In this document: in pieces, positions 13,660 to 26,165 of the stretch | Numbering within the stretch: the first letter of the stretch is position 1 | Layout of the letters: each line of letters begins with the position of its first letter | NCBI GenBank assembly: GCA_002104905.1 | Contig: MCFE01000427.1 | Span: forward strand, 13,098-77,097 | From: Basidiobolus meristosporus CBS 931.73 | Lineage: Eukaryota > Fungi > Basidiobolomycota | DNA length: 64,000 nucleotides | Reading direction: 5' to 3' | Position numbers and translations under genes: made by a program | Notes under the pieces: model-generated | The model's database searches: none | Told to the model about the DNA's origin: nothing | The model's input: the letters and a program-made list of their open reading frames with translations, nothing else

Positions 13660-14142
13660 GGTGTAGGTGTGGTGGTGGAGGTGGTGGTGGTAGTGGAAGT
13701 GGACACGGACGTCGACGAACTAGGTAAACTTGTAGGTGGTCAGTTTCCTCGAGCTTATTATTCAAAATTTCCTCGTCCCCCCCCCGTTTCCGCTCCCTCC
13801 GATCGTACCCTCTTTCCCATTTTTTCCAAAGCGAAAATTTTTCCTGCTCCGCCATCTCGCCGATTTCCTCCACTTACGGCGTTCGATTTCGTCCTCTCAC
13901 CCCCCCCCACTCCACCGGGGTGGGGGAATCGGAGGTGAGAGTTGGACCAGGGGTGAGAATGTGACAGGGGGAGGGGATGCTATGACGTCAATTCGGAGAG
14001 GGCGCTGACGATGAGGTATGGGCCGCCCGTTTCAGAATGGCCACCTATGATACCATGGCCTGGTGAGCCAAATAAATTCATCTCAGGTGGGATATCTCCA
14101 AGGCGATGTATAAAAGCCAAGGCGGACCTACGGATGCCACCA

Positions 14143-14701
14143 ATGAAGTGTGTAAACCTCTACAGAATCACCATCCTACTGTTCGCACTGTGCGCGGTCT
14201 CCTGCGTGGATCGGGAGGTATCATGGTCGGCCCCTTGCCTCACCCAGTCCCCTGCTAACCCATCTCGAATCACCCTCTAGATTGTCCGTATCACCAGTCC
14301 CAAAGCTGGGGCCACGCTGAAGTTCGGCCAACCGATCGATGTCACCTGGGAGTTGCCGCAGGACCTTGGTTTCATGAATTTCACCGCGGAGCTCTGGTCC
14401 CTGAACACCATCCAGGCTGGGAGCTCCAGGAAAATCGCCACCATCGGACACACAGACTCCTCCAAAGCCCAAAGACAACGGTTCAAGATCCGATGGAATG
14501 TCCCCACCTTCACCACCGAGATGAAGACGGGGTATTTCATCGCGGTGTACGGGAACGTGTTAAAGTAAGTCCCCCCTCCGGAACGAGCTATCCCTGATGA
14601 GAGACTAACGAACAAGTGGACATAGCAAAGGGCCGGTCTTCTCGTGGGTCTATCCCTGGGACAACGTCTACTACGGGTTGGTCAACGTTCGCTTCGCCTG
14701 A
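14143..14701 (+). CDS. Secreted protein with Kre9/Knh1-like N-terminal Ig-like domain (3 exons: 14143-14217, 14281-14564, 14617-14701; about 147 aa)
   Basis: TATAAAA at 14109, signal peptide, ITSPKAGATLKFGQPIDVTW motif typical of this fungal domain. Two introns with CTAAC branch points give a continuous frame. Confidence 0.7.
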
Positions 14702-15389
14702 GTGCTCGGATGAAAACCTCGTGTCACCAAGAATACCGCCAGAATAAACAAACCTTGCTTCGTTTGAAACAACCAGGGACTTAAGTGATTTATAGGAATA
14801 GCATGCAACTTGCCATGTTGTCACCATGGGCATGCGGGTGGCGAGGGGGGGGGGTATCCTAGCATTCTTCCAAGGCCCCCGTCCCTTGATGCGTATGATC
14901 TAACTTGGCTGTAAATGAATCCGATGAGGGTTAGAGTGAGTGATTTGTGCCCAACACCAAATTAATGAGCAACTGGAGTGGTACCTGATCCATCCAGATC
15001 GCGCTACATGGATACTGGTGCTGGATGATGTTGACCAGGATCCAGTCATTGCCTGGCAATTGTGGGTGGGATATATCCGCGATCCAAAGATGCAGTGCAC
15101 CCGAAGGTGCCATGCGTACATGTGTCTTCATGCAAGCAGCCATCAGGAGTTTCGGGTTTAGGAGATGCTGTTCTGCAGGTATTCCAATTGCCAGGGATAA
15201 CTTCCGTAAGGCGTATCCATGTAATGGAGGGCCAATAATCCGAGCTTCACGGTGAGCGGCTACAGCACTATTTAAGTGCACCAGAGGCCACACTGGATGT
15301 CCAAGCAAGTATCATCCTCATCTCTAGTAGCCAGCACCAAGCACCGCTTTCACCAAGCATATAGATCTTCTTTCCCTCCACCATCAATC

Positions 15390-15941
15390 ATGCGTTTCTT
15401 CTCAGTCAGCCTTGCCTTGGTCGCTTTGACCTCCCTCCTCCTGACCAGCGCCAATGCTGCGTCATTTGAGAAACGCCACGGAAACGAGAAACACGTGGCC
15501 TCTGCGCTTGAGAAACGTCACGGTAACGAGAAACATGTGGATGCTGTACTTGAGAAGCGTCATGGTAACGAGAAACACATCGCGGCGGTTCTTGAGAAAC
15601 GCCATGGCAACGAGAAACATGTGGATGCTGTACTTGAGAAGCGTCACGGCAACGAGAAACACATCGCCGAGCTTGAGAAGCGCCACGGAAATGAGAAACA
15701 CGTAGTAGAGCTCGAGAAGCGCCACGGCAACGAGAAGCATATCGCCGAGCTCGAGAAGCGTCATGGTAACGAGAAACACGTCGCGGCGGTCCTCGAGAAG
15801 CGTCATGGCAACGAGAAGCACGTGGTAGGCCTCGAGAAACGTCACGGTAACGAGAAGCACATTGCTGAACTCGAGAAACGCCATGGCAAGGAGAAGCACG
15901 TGGCCAGCGTGGAGAAGCGACACGGTAATGAGAAACATTAG
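15390..15941 (+). CDS. Kex2-processed repeat protein (KEP) / peptide precursor with 12 HG(N/K)EKH units
   Basis: 183 aa from ATG 15390: signal peptide, then 12 EKR-HGNEKH units (one HGKEKH) with short hydrophobic spacers. Synonymous codon variation between repeats; TATTTAA at 15269. Confidence 0.88.
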   Translation: MRFFSVSLALVALTSLLLTSANAASFEKRHGNEKHVASALEKRHGNEKHVDAVLEKRHGNEKHIAAVLEKRHGNEKHVDAVLEKRHGNEKHIAELEKRHGNEKHVVELEKRHGNEKHIAELEKRHGNEKHVAAVLEKRHGNEKHVVGLEKRHGNEKHIAELEKRHGKEKHVASVEKRHGNEKH

Positions 15942-16304
15942 AGGGCCGCAACCACTAGACCCACACCCAAAGAACCCTCATTTATCACCAGATCCCCCGT
16001 ATCTCACTGGCCTGTATACAGCCATACGGCGAAACCAATAATTATCAAGCAACACCCGAATTAACCCAGAATTCACTATTTGCCCAATAAATTACCCGCT
16101 GTTTATTTCGATCTTGGGTGTGTGCTCGAGTTGATCTGGAACGGTATTTCGGGCTCCAGTCCTTTCATCAACCGGAGCCACTAGTGAGTATCATGATAAG
16201 GGGTGGGGTGAGGTGAGGTGAGGTGGGATGGGTAAAGGAGTAGGAAACAATGTGGCAGGGACAGCAGACTACCTGCCCTGCCTGCGTTCCTCTTCTCTCC
16301 CCTC

Positions 16305-16703
16305 CTAGAGAACTTTTTTGCTCACGAATTGGCCACCGGTAGTCCCCTCACGCACGAAGGTGGGGTCGTTCTTGGCCAACCAATTCTCCAGCAGGGCCAG
16401 GTTGTAGATGTTGGCCTTGAACAGGACATCCAAGAAGTCCCCGACGAAAGGGACCAGTCCGATCACGGCGTCCACGACGACGTTCAACACCATCAGCCCG
16501 ATCAGGGTGACCGGGATGCCGAGCTGGGCGGACATGTAGATCTGGTACAGCGAGATGAGCAAACCGGCAATGTCACCTATCCCGGGGATCAGCCCAATCA
16601 GAGGGTCAAGGCCGATACCAAAGGGCACACCGGGGATCGCATCCATGTAGGAGGCGAAACGGCGGATGTTGTTGAGCAAACGCTGCTTTTCACTGGAGTT
16701 CAT
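16305..16703 (-). CDS. DUF4112 family membrane protein
   Basis: Family-typical motifs GIGLDPLIGLIPGIGD and DAVIGLVPFVGDFLDVLFKAN. Confidence 0.85.
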   Translation of the reverse strand: MNSSEKQRLLNNIRRFASYMDAIPGVPFGIGLDPLIGLIPGIGDIAGLLISLYQIYMSAQLGIPVTLIGLMVLNVVVDAVIGLVPFVGDFLDVLFKANIYNLALLENWLAKNDPTFVREGTTGGQFVSKKVL

Positions 16704-17323
16704 GGAGATGCACAGTGGTGAAGGTCAAGGTGAAGGCGAAGGCGAGGTGGATGGACTTGAACAAGAACCGTAATCCCCAGGATGAATTAGGTCACTACTA
16801 GCATGACTGTCTTCAGGGATGGATTGGTTCGGGTTCGCAGTTAAGCTTCATCCAATCGATGTGGAGAATACCTGACTGGTCTATGGATCAGGATTGGCTA
16901 CGGAAATATCCCATAGATCTCGCTTCGGGTTGCCACCTCTGAAAGACGTAACAAGATAACAGGATCCGCAGAGATAAATGTAGGTGGTGAGCATCTCACA
17001 TACTGATGCCAACTCACCTCGCAACGACAGGGCCAGCGAAACGGCTCTTATCTATCAAGCTGATTCGCCATAGAAAGGAAGGTGAGGCTCAAACGCACGT
17101 GCTACTCCAAATCAATGGCCACTATATTTGGCACAACCGATATGGGACCACAATACTGGCTGGCAGCATCTTTCCGAAACCGTCGATGCCTATTTTATCA
17201 GGCCACGGGTAAAATCTCATTCGAGTCATCCTTGCTCAGGAGGTCCGAGATCCTTTATAAGCGTAGATCAGGGCCTTGCCAACTACTTTTCCACTTCTCC
17301 ACCCCCACCCCCCCCCCGCAAAA

Positions 17324-18800
17324 ATGGTTCTTGAGAGCAATCCCGTCAAGTTAGAGAAGGTCCCTGACGCCAATGGGTTCTTCGGACCGTTCGGCGGCTC
17401 TTTCATTCCGCCGGAGCTCCAGAAACAAATGGACGACATTAATTTCGGGTATACTCGACTTAGCAAGTCCCACGATTTCATCCAAGGTGAGTGCTAGACG
17501 CAGCCCCGGTCGCATTTTCGGTCGGCTGACGTTGTTTCGGTTGATGTAGAACTACGCAGGATCCGCAAGCACTTCCAAGGTCGCCCGACCCCTGTCTATT
17601 ACTGCAAAAACCTCAGTGAGAAGATTGGCGGCGGCCGAATCTATCTGAAGCGAGAGGATCTGAATCACACCGGCGCCCACAAGTTGAACCATTGCATGGG
17701 AGAAGCCCTGGTGGCGAAATACCTGGGCAAGAAAAAGCTGATCGCCGAGACCGGAGCGGTGGGTAGATCCTCGTCACCTGCGCCACCCCTTTGTTCATCC
17801 CGCTAACCATCATCCTCTGCAGGGGCAGCATGGCGTCGCTTTAGCCACGGCAGCGGCCTACTTCGGCCTCGAGTGTGAGATCCACATGGGAGAGGTGGAT
17901 ATTGCCAAGGAGCATCCGAATGTCACCAGAATGAAGATCTTGGGCGCCAAGGTCGTCCCGGCCACCCACGGACTAAAAACGCTCAAGGAGGCGGTGGATT
18001 CCGCATTCGAGGCGTATCTCAAAGATCCAATCGACTCCATCTACTGCATCGGCAGTGTGGTAGGCCCACACCCATTCCCCAAAATGGTGCGCGAGTTTCA
18101 GCATGTGGTGGGCCTGGAGGCACGTGAGCAATATCTGGAGATGACTGGTGAGTGGCGGTTATGCACTGAGTCCAGGATGCAATCTTGACTGACTGTGGTG
18201 TTCAATTAGGGGATCTTCCTGACCATGTTGTCGCATGTGTGGGTGGTGGCTCAAATGCCATTGGAATGTTCACTGCTTTCCTTGAGGATAGCGAAGTTCA
18301 GCTGCACGGAGTGGAGCCAATGGGCAAAGGAACCAAACTTGGTGAACACGCAGCCTCGTTGAGCTATGGCGAGGAAGGAATCATGCACGGTTTCAACTCG
18401 ATCATGCTGAAGGATGAAGCCGGTGAGCCCGCCCCGGTCTACTCTATCGCTTCTGGCTTGGACTATCCCAGCGTAGGTCCAGAGCATGCTTACCTCAACT
18501 CCGTGGGCAGAACCCAAGTTGGTACGGCTAACGACGAGGAGACGCTGCATGCGTTTTTCCAGCTTTCACGACGGGAAGGTAAGGTGGTGGAGTAGCTGAG
18601 TTGCCGGTTGTATGCTAACCGATAGCGTTCTAGGAATCATCCCAGCTCTAGAGTCGGCTCATGCTGTGGCATATGCCATCAAGCTCGCCCGAGAAAACCC
18701 CAATGCCAGCATCTTGGTAAATCTCAGTGGACGTGGTGACAAAGATATAGATTTCGTCATGGAGAAATATGGGGAGTATGCTGACCGCGACGACTATTGA
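17324..18800 (+). CDS. trpB: Stand-alone tryptophan synthase beta chain (exons 17324-17486, 17550-17758, 17823-18147, 18210-18578, 18634-18800)
   Basis: [13 protein letters not shown] (PLP lysine), [50 protein letters not shown]. Four GT-AG introns restore one frame; no TrpA domain. Confidence 0.95.
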
Positions 18801-19844
18801 TGTACTGTATTCTTGACCTAAATAAATAATGTTCCCCGTAATTCCCCCGTAGCTCTATCATTCAGCCTTGGATTGTATCTTGTATGCTGGATAACCAAAG
18901 GATTAAGCTTTCCTGCACAATATTGGTCAGATGGGATATATCAAGCCACTGATTATTTTCCAAGAAAGCATTGCATTAAATTGCTCATCAACTGCTATCT
19001 TGAGTCCATTTCCTAATTGGTTTTCATAGCTTTTGTGGCTGACCAACTCATTTATTGGCCAGTACAATGATTGATGAATACTGGGCCTTTTAGTGTAGTG
19101 TGTTACATACCTATTTTCCAACTCTTAATGTTTTAAATGTTTCAGAATCACCTAAAGCTAACACTAGATTTAACATTCTAATCATGTTAAACTTTATCAT
19201 GTACCAGAATATTTTGCTGATCTTTGATATAACTCACATGCTATGTGCAACATTATCAGTATTCTATAGGATTATTCCCAGACCCAAAAACTTTGAAGCT
19301 AGCAGATTTGTTTGTAGATTCCATGGATTGCTCAGCATCTATGTATTTGCACCAAATGCAGAAATAAAAGTTCTAAATACTTATACAGTTTACAAGCTTT
19401 CCATACCAACTATATGCTGAGTAAAATGCAAGATTATAAAGCAGTTATCTGAAAACAAAAAATTTTCTGAATAACTTAATTCTTTGAAATGACATTCCAT
19501 AGGAACCAAGTATGGTTTTAGATTCCAAGCTCAAGTCAAATGAGTATTATTTTTAGAAGGTAAACCAAGATCAGTTTGTCATAGACCAATTGAATAAATT
19601 CTTGAGGAAATATCTTTTGGTTCAATCAGCTTTGTAAAGATCATACCAAGTATATATTTTAAAAGTCACATCAAGGAGTATTGTCCTAAACTTTGCTGAG
19701 CAAGCTATCTTAATCTACCTGTAGTGCTCTGCACTCAGCTGCTCTCTGACACAGTACATCTCAGCAAAAGAGTCATACATTCCTTCTTGGATGCAACAGA
19801 AGTAACAGTGCTCAAAAGCTGAAAATGGTCTAGAGAGAAATTGT

Positions 19845-20235
19845 TGATTTCTAAGTTGTGCTAAGACACAATCTTAATTTTGTCAAGACACACACTAAGC
19901 CAAAAGGTTCAGTAATCTTTATTTACACTTCTCTGGTGGGTATTTAGGTGCATAAGACAGATGAAAATTGCATCATCAATTAGCCAATGCCTTGGCAACT
20001 GCATAGTGGTTGGAACAATCTCAGATGGCTAATCACTTGGAAATGCTCAGCAGATCAGTTGAGGATGTAATGGCAACATGAAAACTGATCAGGTATGACA
20101 GCTAAATTAGATTCTGGGAGGTGATAAAATAAACTACAGCTGGGATTAGTTAAGTTTGGGTTAGGGAAAATCAGTTTGAGTACTAGATTTTCAAATGGAG
20201 TAAAATTGGCTAAGTTTAGGTGTTTATGCACAACA
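19845..20235 (-). mobile_element. Partial degenerate copy of the 697-bp LTR family
   Basis: Reverse-complement similarity to the 5' part of 47574-48270, ending in TGTTGTGCA at 20235. Left boundary approximate. Confidence 0.6.
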
Positions 20236-21509
20236 ATAAGTACCCCATAGTAAGTGCCACCTGAGCTTAGTGGAATATGTTGTAAGAGTCTTGAAAATGT
20301 TGGAAGTGATTGGTAAAAAAATAGAATATTGGGTCCCACTTGGTGATTTATTGAATGTAAAAGTAATATTTATACTTTCTCCTGGTCTTGGCCAACCCTA
20401 AACACAGAGTATTTTAAGGAAGCTCCTGAGAGCATGTGTGTAAAGATTGGGGCTGTTTGAACAACTTCAAAATTTCTGATGTTCTGAGCACCTGATATTC
20501 TGGGGAAAATATTCCAGATTTAGACAAGGGACTTAATTAGAATTCTCTGCACCATGTAGACAATGATCTCAGTGACTAATTCAGGTGTGTATTTAGGTGA
20601 AGCTGCAAAATTTGCAACCTATGATATGATTTGGATGCTAGAGGGATCTCCACTTACTAGGCTCATACCAGTAAAGCTGCAGTAAAGATTCTTGTTACAT
20701 CATCAGGGGGCTCAATTCCATGATTTATCTGCTGATCTAAGTGAAGGTAGAATAAATATTCATTTGAGCTATCTACAAAGCTTATATTGTATGTAGAGAA
20801 TAAAACTTTTGGCTGATTAGCTCTATTTGGTTTGCCTGTAGAGAACCTGCAGTTCATAATTCAGCACTTAAACAGGGACAATAAATTTACCCATAACATT
20901 TGTGGATTACTATGAAAGTATTCACCTGGGGTTTAAGTAATATACCTCAGAAGCAGGAACTCCAAGTACCACTGTTGCCAAAGTTGCATATGAGGCTTTG
21001 GATACATATGTTTTTGAGATCTTCTCAAGCATCCTGCTGATGCTTTCTTTGCAAGGACACAGTAAAGTAACAGCTTCTCTCAAGCTTGATGTGTCATCAA
21101 GCAGAAACTGTGCAACCTGCAGGTTCTTTCAGCTATCCTCAGTGTCCTGAAGGTGCCAGAAATAATGATGAGCCATCAAGGCAATAGTGTTTCAACAAGT
21201 TGCAGGCATTAATACCAGTATTATTTTAAAGGGAGCTAAGAGATGTGTCAGTTATAAAGGTACTCCTAACAGTAACACTACATAACACTTCTCCTTCAGC
21301 AAATGCCACAGTAATAGATTGTTGCCTGTGCCAGAGTATCAATGGGTGTATCTATTGAAAGATTTTGATCTTGGCAAACAATTACCAATGCTCAGGCTCA
21401 CTCTGCATGAATACCAGAAGCATTATGCAATTTCCTTTCAACTACAGCATAAAATCTGGTTGGTGCTGACTTGATATTTGGCATTGTAAGTCATCTGTAA
21501 CAGTAAGGG

Positions 21510-21815
21510 TTAGGCATCAGATTGATTAAGTGATTGCAGACAAACAGCACAGCAGTGAGTGTTTGATTGAGCTTGGCAAGTACTGCCAGATGCCATGAGC
21601 CCTGCCTTGTAAGTGGCCATCCTGACCCAACTGCCATATCCATTGGAGTTGGCAACACTTATAAAAATCCTATTTCCATTATAGGCTACAGCATATGCAC
21701 AACACCGCCTGGTCATGGCTCCTGAATTGTACCAACCAATGGTAGTGTTTTTGACAAGTGATAAAAGTCCCACCAAGGGCACTGGAGAGCAGAGGAGGCA
21801 AGTCAAGAAAAGCAC
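21510..21815 (-). pseudogene. Decayed copy of Cys-rich secreted protein family A
   Basis: Aligns to 23804-24085, but ATG is changed to GTG, several Cys are lost, the stop is read through, and the region is CpG-depleted. Confidence 0.8.
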
Positions 21816-22929
21816 AATAGTGAACCAAGTGCAAGGAAGGGCGATGGGATGGTGGATGAATATACTTTAGCACTCTGTTGTTGCTTTTGTCATGACTACA
21901 AGGGTGCTGATCCATGCTTCCACATTATTGATTGAGTGGATGATCCAGAGAAGTATAGGGTAATCACCAAGGTTTTAATAAATCCATGTCTGTTCTCTAG
22001 AACACTATTGAGGACAAGCAATCACAAGGGCATTAGTGAACACGGAGTCACAGTTTTGTTGATGCCCACGATGTCTACAGGTGAATGGAAGATGAGCGTG
22101 TGAGCATATATGGGAAAGATCTACGTTGCCAACATTGGTTCGGTGATACGATGCGCTTGAATTTGAGAATGGCAATTACGCCTGCTGATCTGCTTTTTTG
22201 GCAGTTACTTCCGTTGGCACCAGAGCCTATTGGTTCGCAGACAATAAGCGATTTAATGGAAGCAGTACAAATAGACTTCGTTGTGTTCTACACGTGTAGC
22301 GAATCCATCAATCTGTAGAATTCCAAGTAATTTCCTAATATACCGTTCATCAAAAGAACTGTGTATTTGATGTAACTATAGATAATACCGGCACTGATGA
22401 ACCCTCCTCACTTGTGACATAACTCGATTCTATTATCCAATTCATACTTGTAACAAATGAAGATATTATCGTGATTAGCTGAAGCACTTATTTTGTAGCG
22501 GGCTCCTATCATTTTTGCTCCAAAGTCAAGCCCACACACCTGCACACCCAATCTTGCTTACTCCGGCCCATATGTAGCTGTATAAACCATGATATCCATC
22601 CGTATCAGCTGTAAATGGGATCATGCCAGAGATTGGTAGGCGTATTGGTCCAACACATCTCCATCTGAGTCAATATTCCCAGAGCCTATAAATGAATCAT
22701 GTGCGCAGTAACAAGGTGTACGCCTTCGTATCAATATTCTAATGTGTGCAGTAATACTATCTAATCGTGCTACAAGTTAAGCCCGTACTACCGCTATCTA
22801 CGACATCACTTGAAGAAGTGCTACTCTGAAGGATGGGGAAAGAGCATTTCACTAGTCTGCAATGGGAAAATGCTTACTCCCGGCATTAGTATATATAGCA
22901 GCCATTGCATGCGCTGATAAGCCAAGAAA

Positions 22930-23421
22930 ATGCAATTTAGCAGCAAGGGTGAGAATCTACTGAAGTCCATCGAGGGCCTATCGTTGCAACCGTACGATGA
23001 TCAAAAGGGCCTGAGTTCGGCGCCAATCAAGAGCTGGGTTGCAGGAGCAACCATTGGGTACGGACACCTGATCCCCAGCGCTCAGTGGAGCAAGTACAAG
23101 AGCGGCATCACCAAGGCCGAGGCTGAAGCCCTTTTCCAAGCCGACCTCAAGCCATTCGTGCAGGCTGTCAACGATTCGGCCAAAGTGAAGCTCCAGCAGC
23201 AGTTTGATGCCTGCGTGCTTTTATGCTTCAACATTGGCGTTAGTGCATTCAAGACCTCCTCTGTAGTCAAGATCCTGAACGGGCAAACCACCAGCTACCC
23301 CTCCCTGGAAGCGGCCTGGAAAGCCTGGAACAAGAGCCAAGGACAGGTGAATGCTGGACTGGTCAACAGACGAAATGCCGAATGGAAAATCTATACACAA
23401 GGAATCTACGAGAAGTGGTAG
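22930..23421 (+). CDS. GH24 (phage-type) lysozyme/muramidase, intronless
   Basis: EGLSLQPYDD...ATIGYGHL, QQFDACVLLCFNIG, GLVNRRNAE motifs of phage lysozymes. TATATATAG about 40 nt upstream; no signal peptide. Confidence 0.9.
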   Translation: MQFSSKGENLLKSIEGLSLQPYDDQKGLSSAPIKSWVAGATIGYGHLIPSAQWSKYKSGITKAEAEALFQADLKPFVQAVNDSAKVKLQQQFDACVLLCFNIGVSAFKTSSVVKILNGQTTSYPSLEAAWKAWNKSQGQVNAGLVNRRNAEWKIYTQGIYEKW

Positions 23422-23803
23422 CAGATGATGTTAGTTGGAATCCTAAAATGAGCAAATAAACATCCATCTGATTTCTGTGTTCATTGCCCTCCAACGAAGT
23501 ACAATACATTTGCTGATATTATGATATAATCAGAAAGAATTGGAATAACTCCACATGGATAATGATATCATTTTCCCCCTAATTCTTATATAGTGTTGTC
23601 GGTAATCCCTACTCCAAATGCACTCGTTGACTCATCTCTATATAGGAAATCACGCATTGTGGAGAGGCTTGGATCTAAAATATAATTGGGCACACTATGC
23701 AATGTATGGACCCTTACTAGTACTCAACAAGCATCCACACGCTTTTCTAGATCCCTTAACCTACAATTCATTTATTACTTAGCACAACCGTAATATACGG
23801 TGA

Positions 23804-24085
23804 TTACAGACAAACAGCACAGCAGTGAGTGTTTGGTTGAGCTTGACATGTACCGCAAGATGCCGTGAGGCCAGCCTCGCAAGTGGCCATCCTGACCCAG
23901 CTGCCATTTCCGTTGGAGTCGGCAACACATCTGAAAATCCCATTTCCATTATAGCCCACAGCATATGTACAAGGCCGCCCGGCCATGGCTCCTGAATTGC
24001 ACCCACCAACGATAGCGCTTTCGACAAGTGATAAGAGCCCCACCGAGGGCATCAGAGAGCAGAGGAGGCAAATGAAGAAACGCAT
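23804..24085 (-). CDS. Small Cys-rich secreted protein, family A (93 aa)
   Basis: Signal peptide, 9 Cys in predicted mature part; identical protein at 25884. Confidence 0.8.
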   Translation of the reverse strand: MRFFICLLCSLMPSVGLLSLVESAIVGGCNSGAMAGRPCTYAVGYNGNGIFRCVADSNGNGSWVRMATCEAGLTASCGTCQAQPNTHCCAVCL

Positions 24086-25883
24086 GATAGTGAACCAAGT
24101 GTAAGGAAGAGTGATGGGATGATGGACGATTTATACTGTGGCACTCCTGTTGTCCCTTTTCGACCTTAGTCATGGATACAAGGATGCTAATCCATGCTTA
24201 GTGCTAATAACTAAGGTTTGAGAAAATCCATATCTGCTCCCTAGAATACTATTCAGGACAAGAGGGGAGCGCACAGAAGTTTAGTGCTGCAGTAAGCGGC
24301 ATTGTTCCTGCTTTTGATTTACTACCCCTCATGCCGATATTTGGTAATAGCTTAGCAACCAAAAACAGGCCATCATGCATACCATCCTGTAGTTGATTAG
24401 TAATAGCAATGCTGTAACAATACCGATGTACTGTTCAGCGTTGATTATGAGGATTTAGTAACAAGAGAGAAGGCACTAGTGGGTTTCTGTATAAAGAGAC
24501 AGTTAGCTGCAGATGAATGAAAAATGGGAGCGTATATTGAACAACGTATATGAAATAAACAAAAGTCAATATTTATTACGATTGGAAATATTCAGCCTGC
24601 AGTTTCGTTGGATTCAGTGGCTGTTGGTGCTTTTGCTCGCTACACAACCAAATCAAATCAATCAATCGGCATAATCATAAGTGGTTACCCGATGTTTCAT
24701 TTGTCAACAGCTTTCAATTGATCCTGGTTGTATGTGAATATAGGTAGATGTAGACACCAATGTACCCTCACTTTCTTGTTCATCCACAGCAATATTAATG
24801 CTGATGCTTCCAATTGAATTTAAACTTGCATTTTAGCGACTTACACCCACTTCTCAGCTCATGCACATACTAGAGAAGAATACGGCTAAACTAAGGGGTA
24901 TTAACCCTAACCCTAAGTCGACTTCAAGATATTTGTGCAGGCGGTCAACGACTAAGTTGGTATCCTAAAAGTTGCACGAACCAATAAAAATCATCGAACA
25001 AATACTTGCTGACAACTGGCACACGTTATCCAGATTGACCATCGAAAGTCACAACGATTTCAACCTGACTGTCGCAATATTGGTAGTGGGCTATTAGCAG
25101 CATAAGCAACGAGGAGAACTTTTGTTCCTGAATGGTGTGCTATTCGGCAGTACTCGTGGAAATAGACTCTTTGGAGTCAATGCTACAGCCAAATCGGAAG
25201 ATTCTGAGCTATTGTGACAACCAAGTGAAAGATATTGGGCATTAAAAATATTGCTTCACACATTCCAGCCAATTTCGAGGATTCCGGGCATTAAAAATAA
25301 ACATCCACCAACTAAAGCCATTGCAATATGGTTTTTTGCCTAAAAGTAAATATTGAAATCAAATCGTTTGATCACCCTACTGTTCCATAGGCCTCATTAG
25401 ATTTTCATTTGCTCAAACTATCGAACAAGTACTGTGCATCATCAACAATAAGTGAATATATATGGGAATACCAACGGTCGATTCAGGGACAGTTAGCATG
25501 ATCTTTTGCATATTATGGGAACAAGAATGTGTGATTTCTTCTAATTTTCTGGACAAAATACTAGGTTAGTGAAGCTGATTTCTGCGACATATTCTCCCCT
25601 TAACTTTTCGTAGCAGCAATAATACTCATGGTTGACCTCGTTGGCTTGATACCAAACATTGTAATTCTTGCTCTGAGCAGTCATGACCATACTGAGATGC
25701 ATGTCAAATCTGCAAATCAGGCAGCTTTCAAAGAGAACATCAGATATTTGAAGGGCCTCAAAATCTTGAGAATCGATTGATATGGAACTCACGCGCAATA
25801 ATAGACTAAGAGTTGCTAACACTAAACAGGCGTGGTAATTACCAGATCTATTTATTACTAAATACAACTGTGATATATGGTGA

Positions 25884-26165
25884 TTACAGACAAACAGCAC
25901 AGCAGTGAGTGTTTGGTTGAGCTTGACATGTACCGCAAGATGCCGTGAGGCCAGCCTCGCAAGTGGCCATCCTGACCCAGCTGCCATTTCCGTTGGAGTC
26001 GGCAACACATCTGAAAATCCCATTTCCATTATAGCCCACAGCATATGTACAAGGCCGCCCGGCCATGGCTCCTGAATTGCACCCACCAACGATAGCGCTT
26101 TCGACAAGTGATAAGAGCCCCACCGAGGGCATCAGAGAGCAGAGGAGGCAAATGAAGAAACGCAT
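25884..26165 (-). CDS. Small Cys-rich secreted protein, family A (identical copy)
   Basis: Translation identical to 23804-24085. Confidence 0.8.
   Translation of the reverse strand: MRFFICLLCSLMPSVGLLSLVESAIVGGCNSGAMAGRPCTYAVGYNGNGIFRCVADSNGNGSWVRMATCEAGLTASCGTCQAQPNTHCCAVCL

Noticed and set aside
15406-15951. Long antisense and alternate-frame ORFs, and CRISPR-like periodicity, over the HGNEKH repeats
   Set aside because: Repeats are in-frame multiples of 3 with synonymous variation; no unique spacers, no cas genes, eukaryotic context.
23804-24085. IVGG after the signal peptide, resembling a mature trypsin N-terminus
   Set aside because: Protein is only 93 aa with no His/Asp/Ser protease motifs; probably coincidence.
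24899-24916. Interstitial CCCTAACCCTAA (also GGGTTAGGGTTA near 42757) as old chromosome ends
   Set aside because: Only two units each and no adjacent module signature; compatible with chance.
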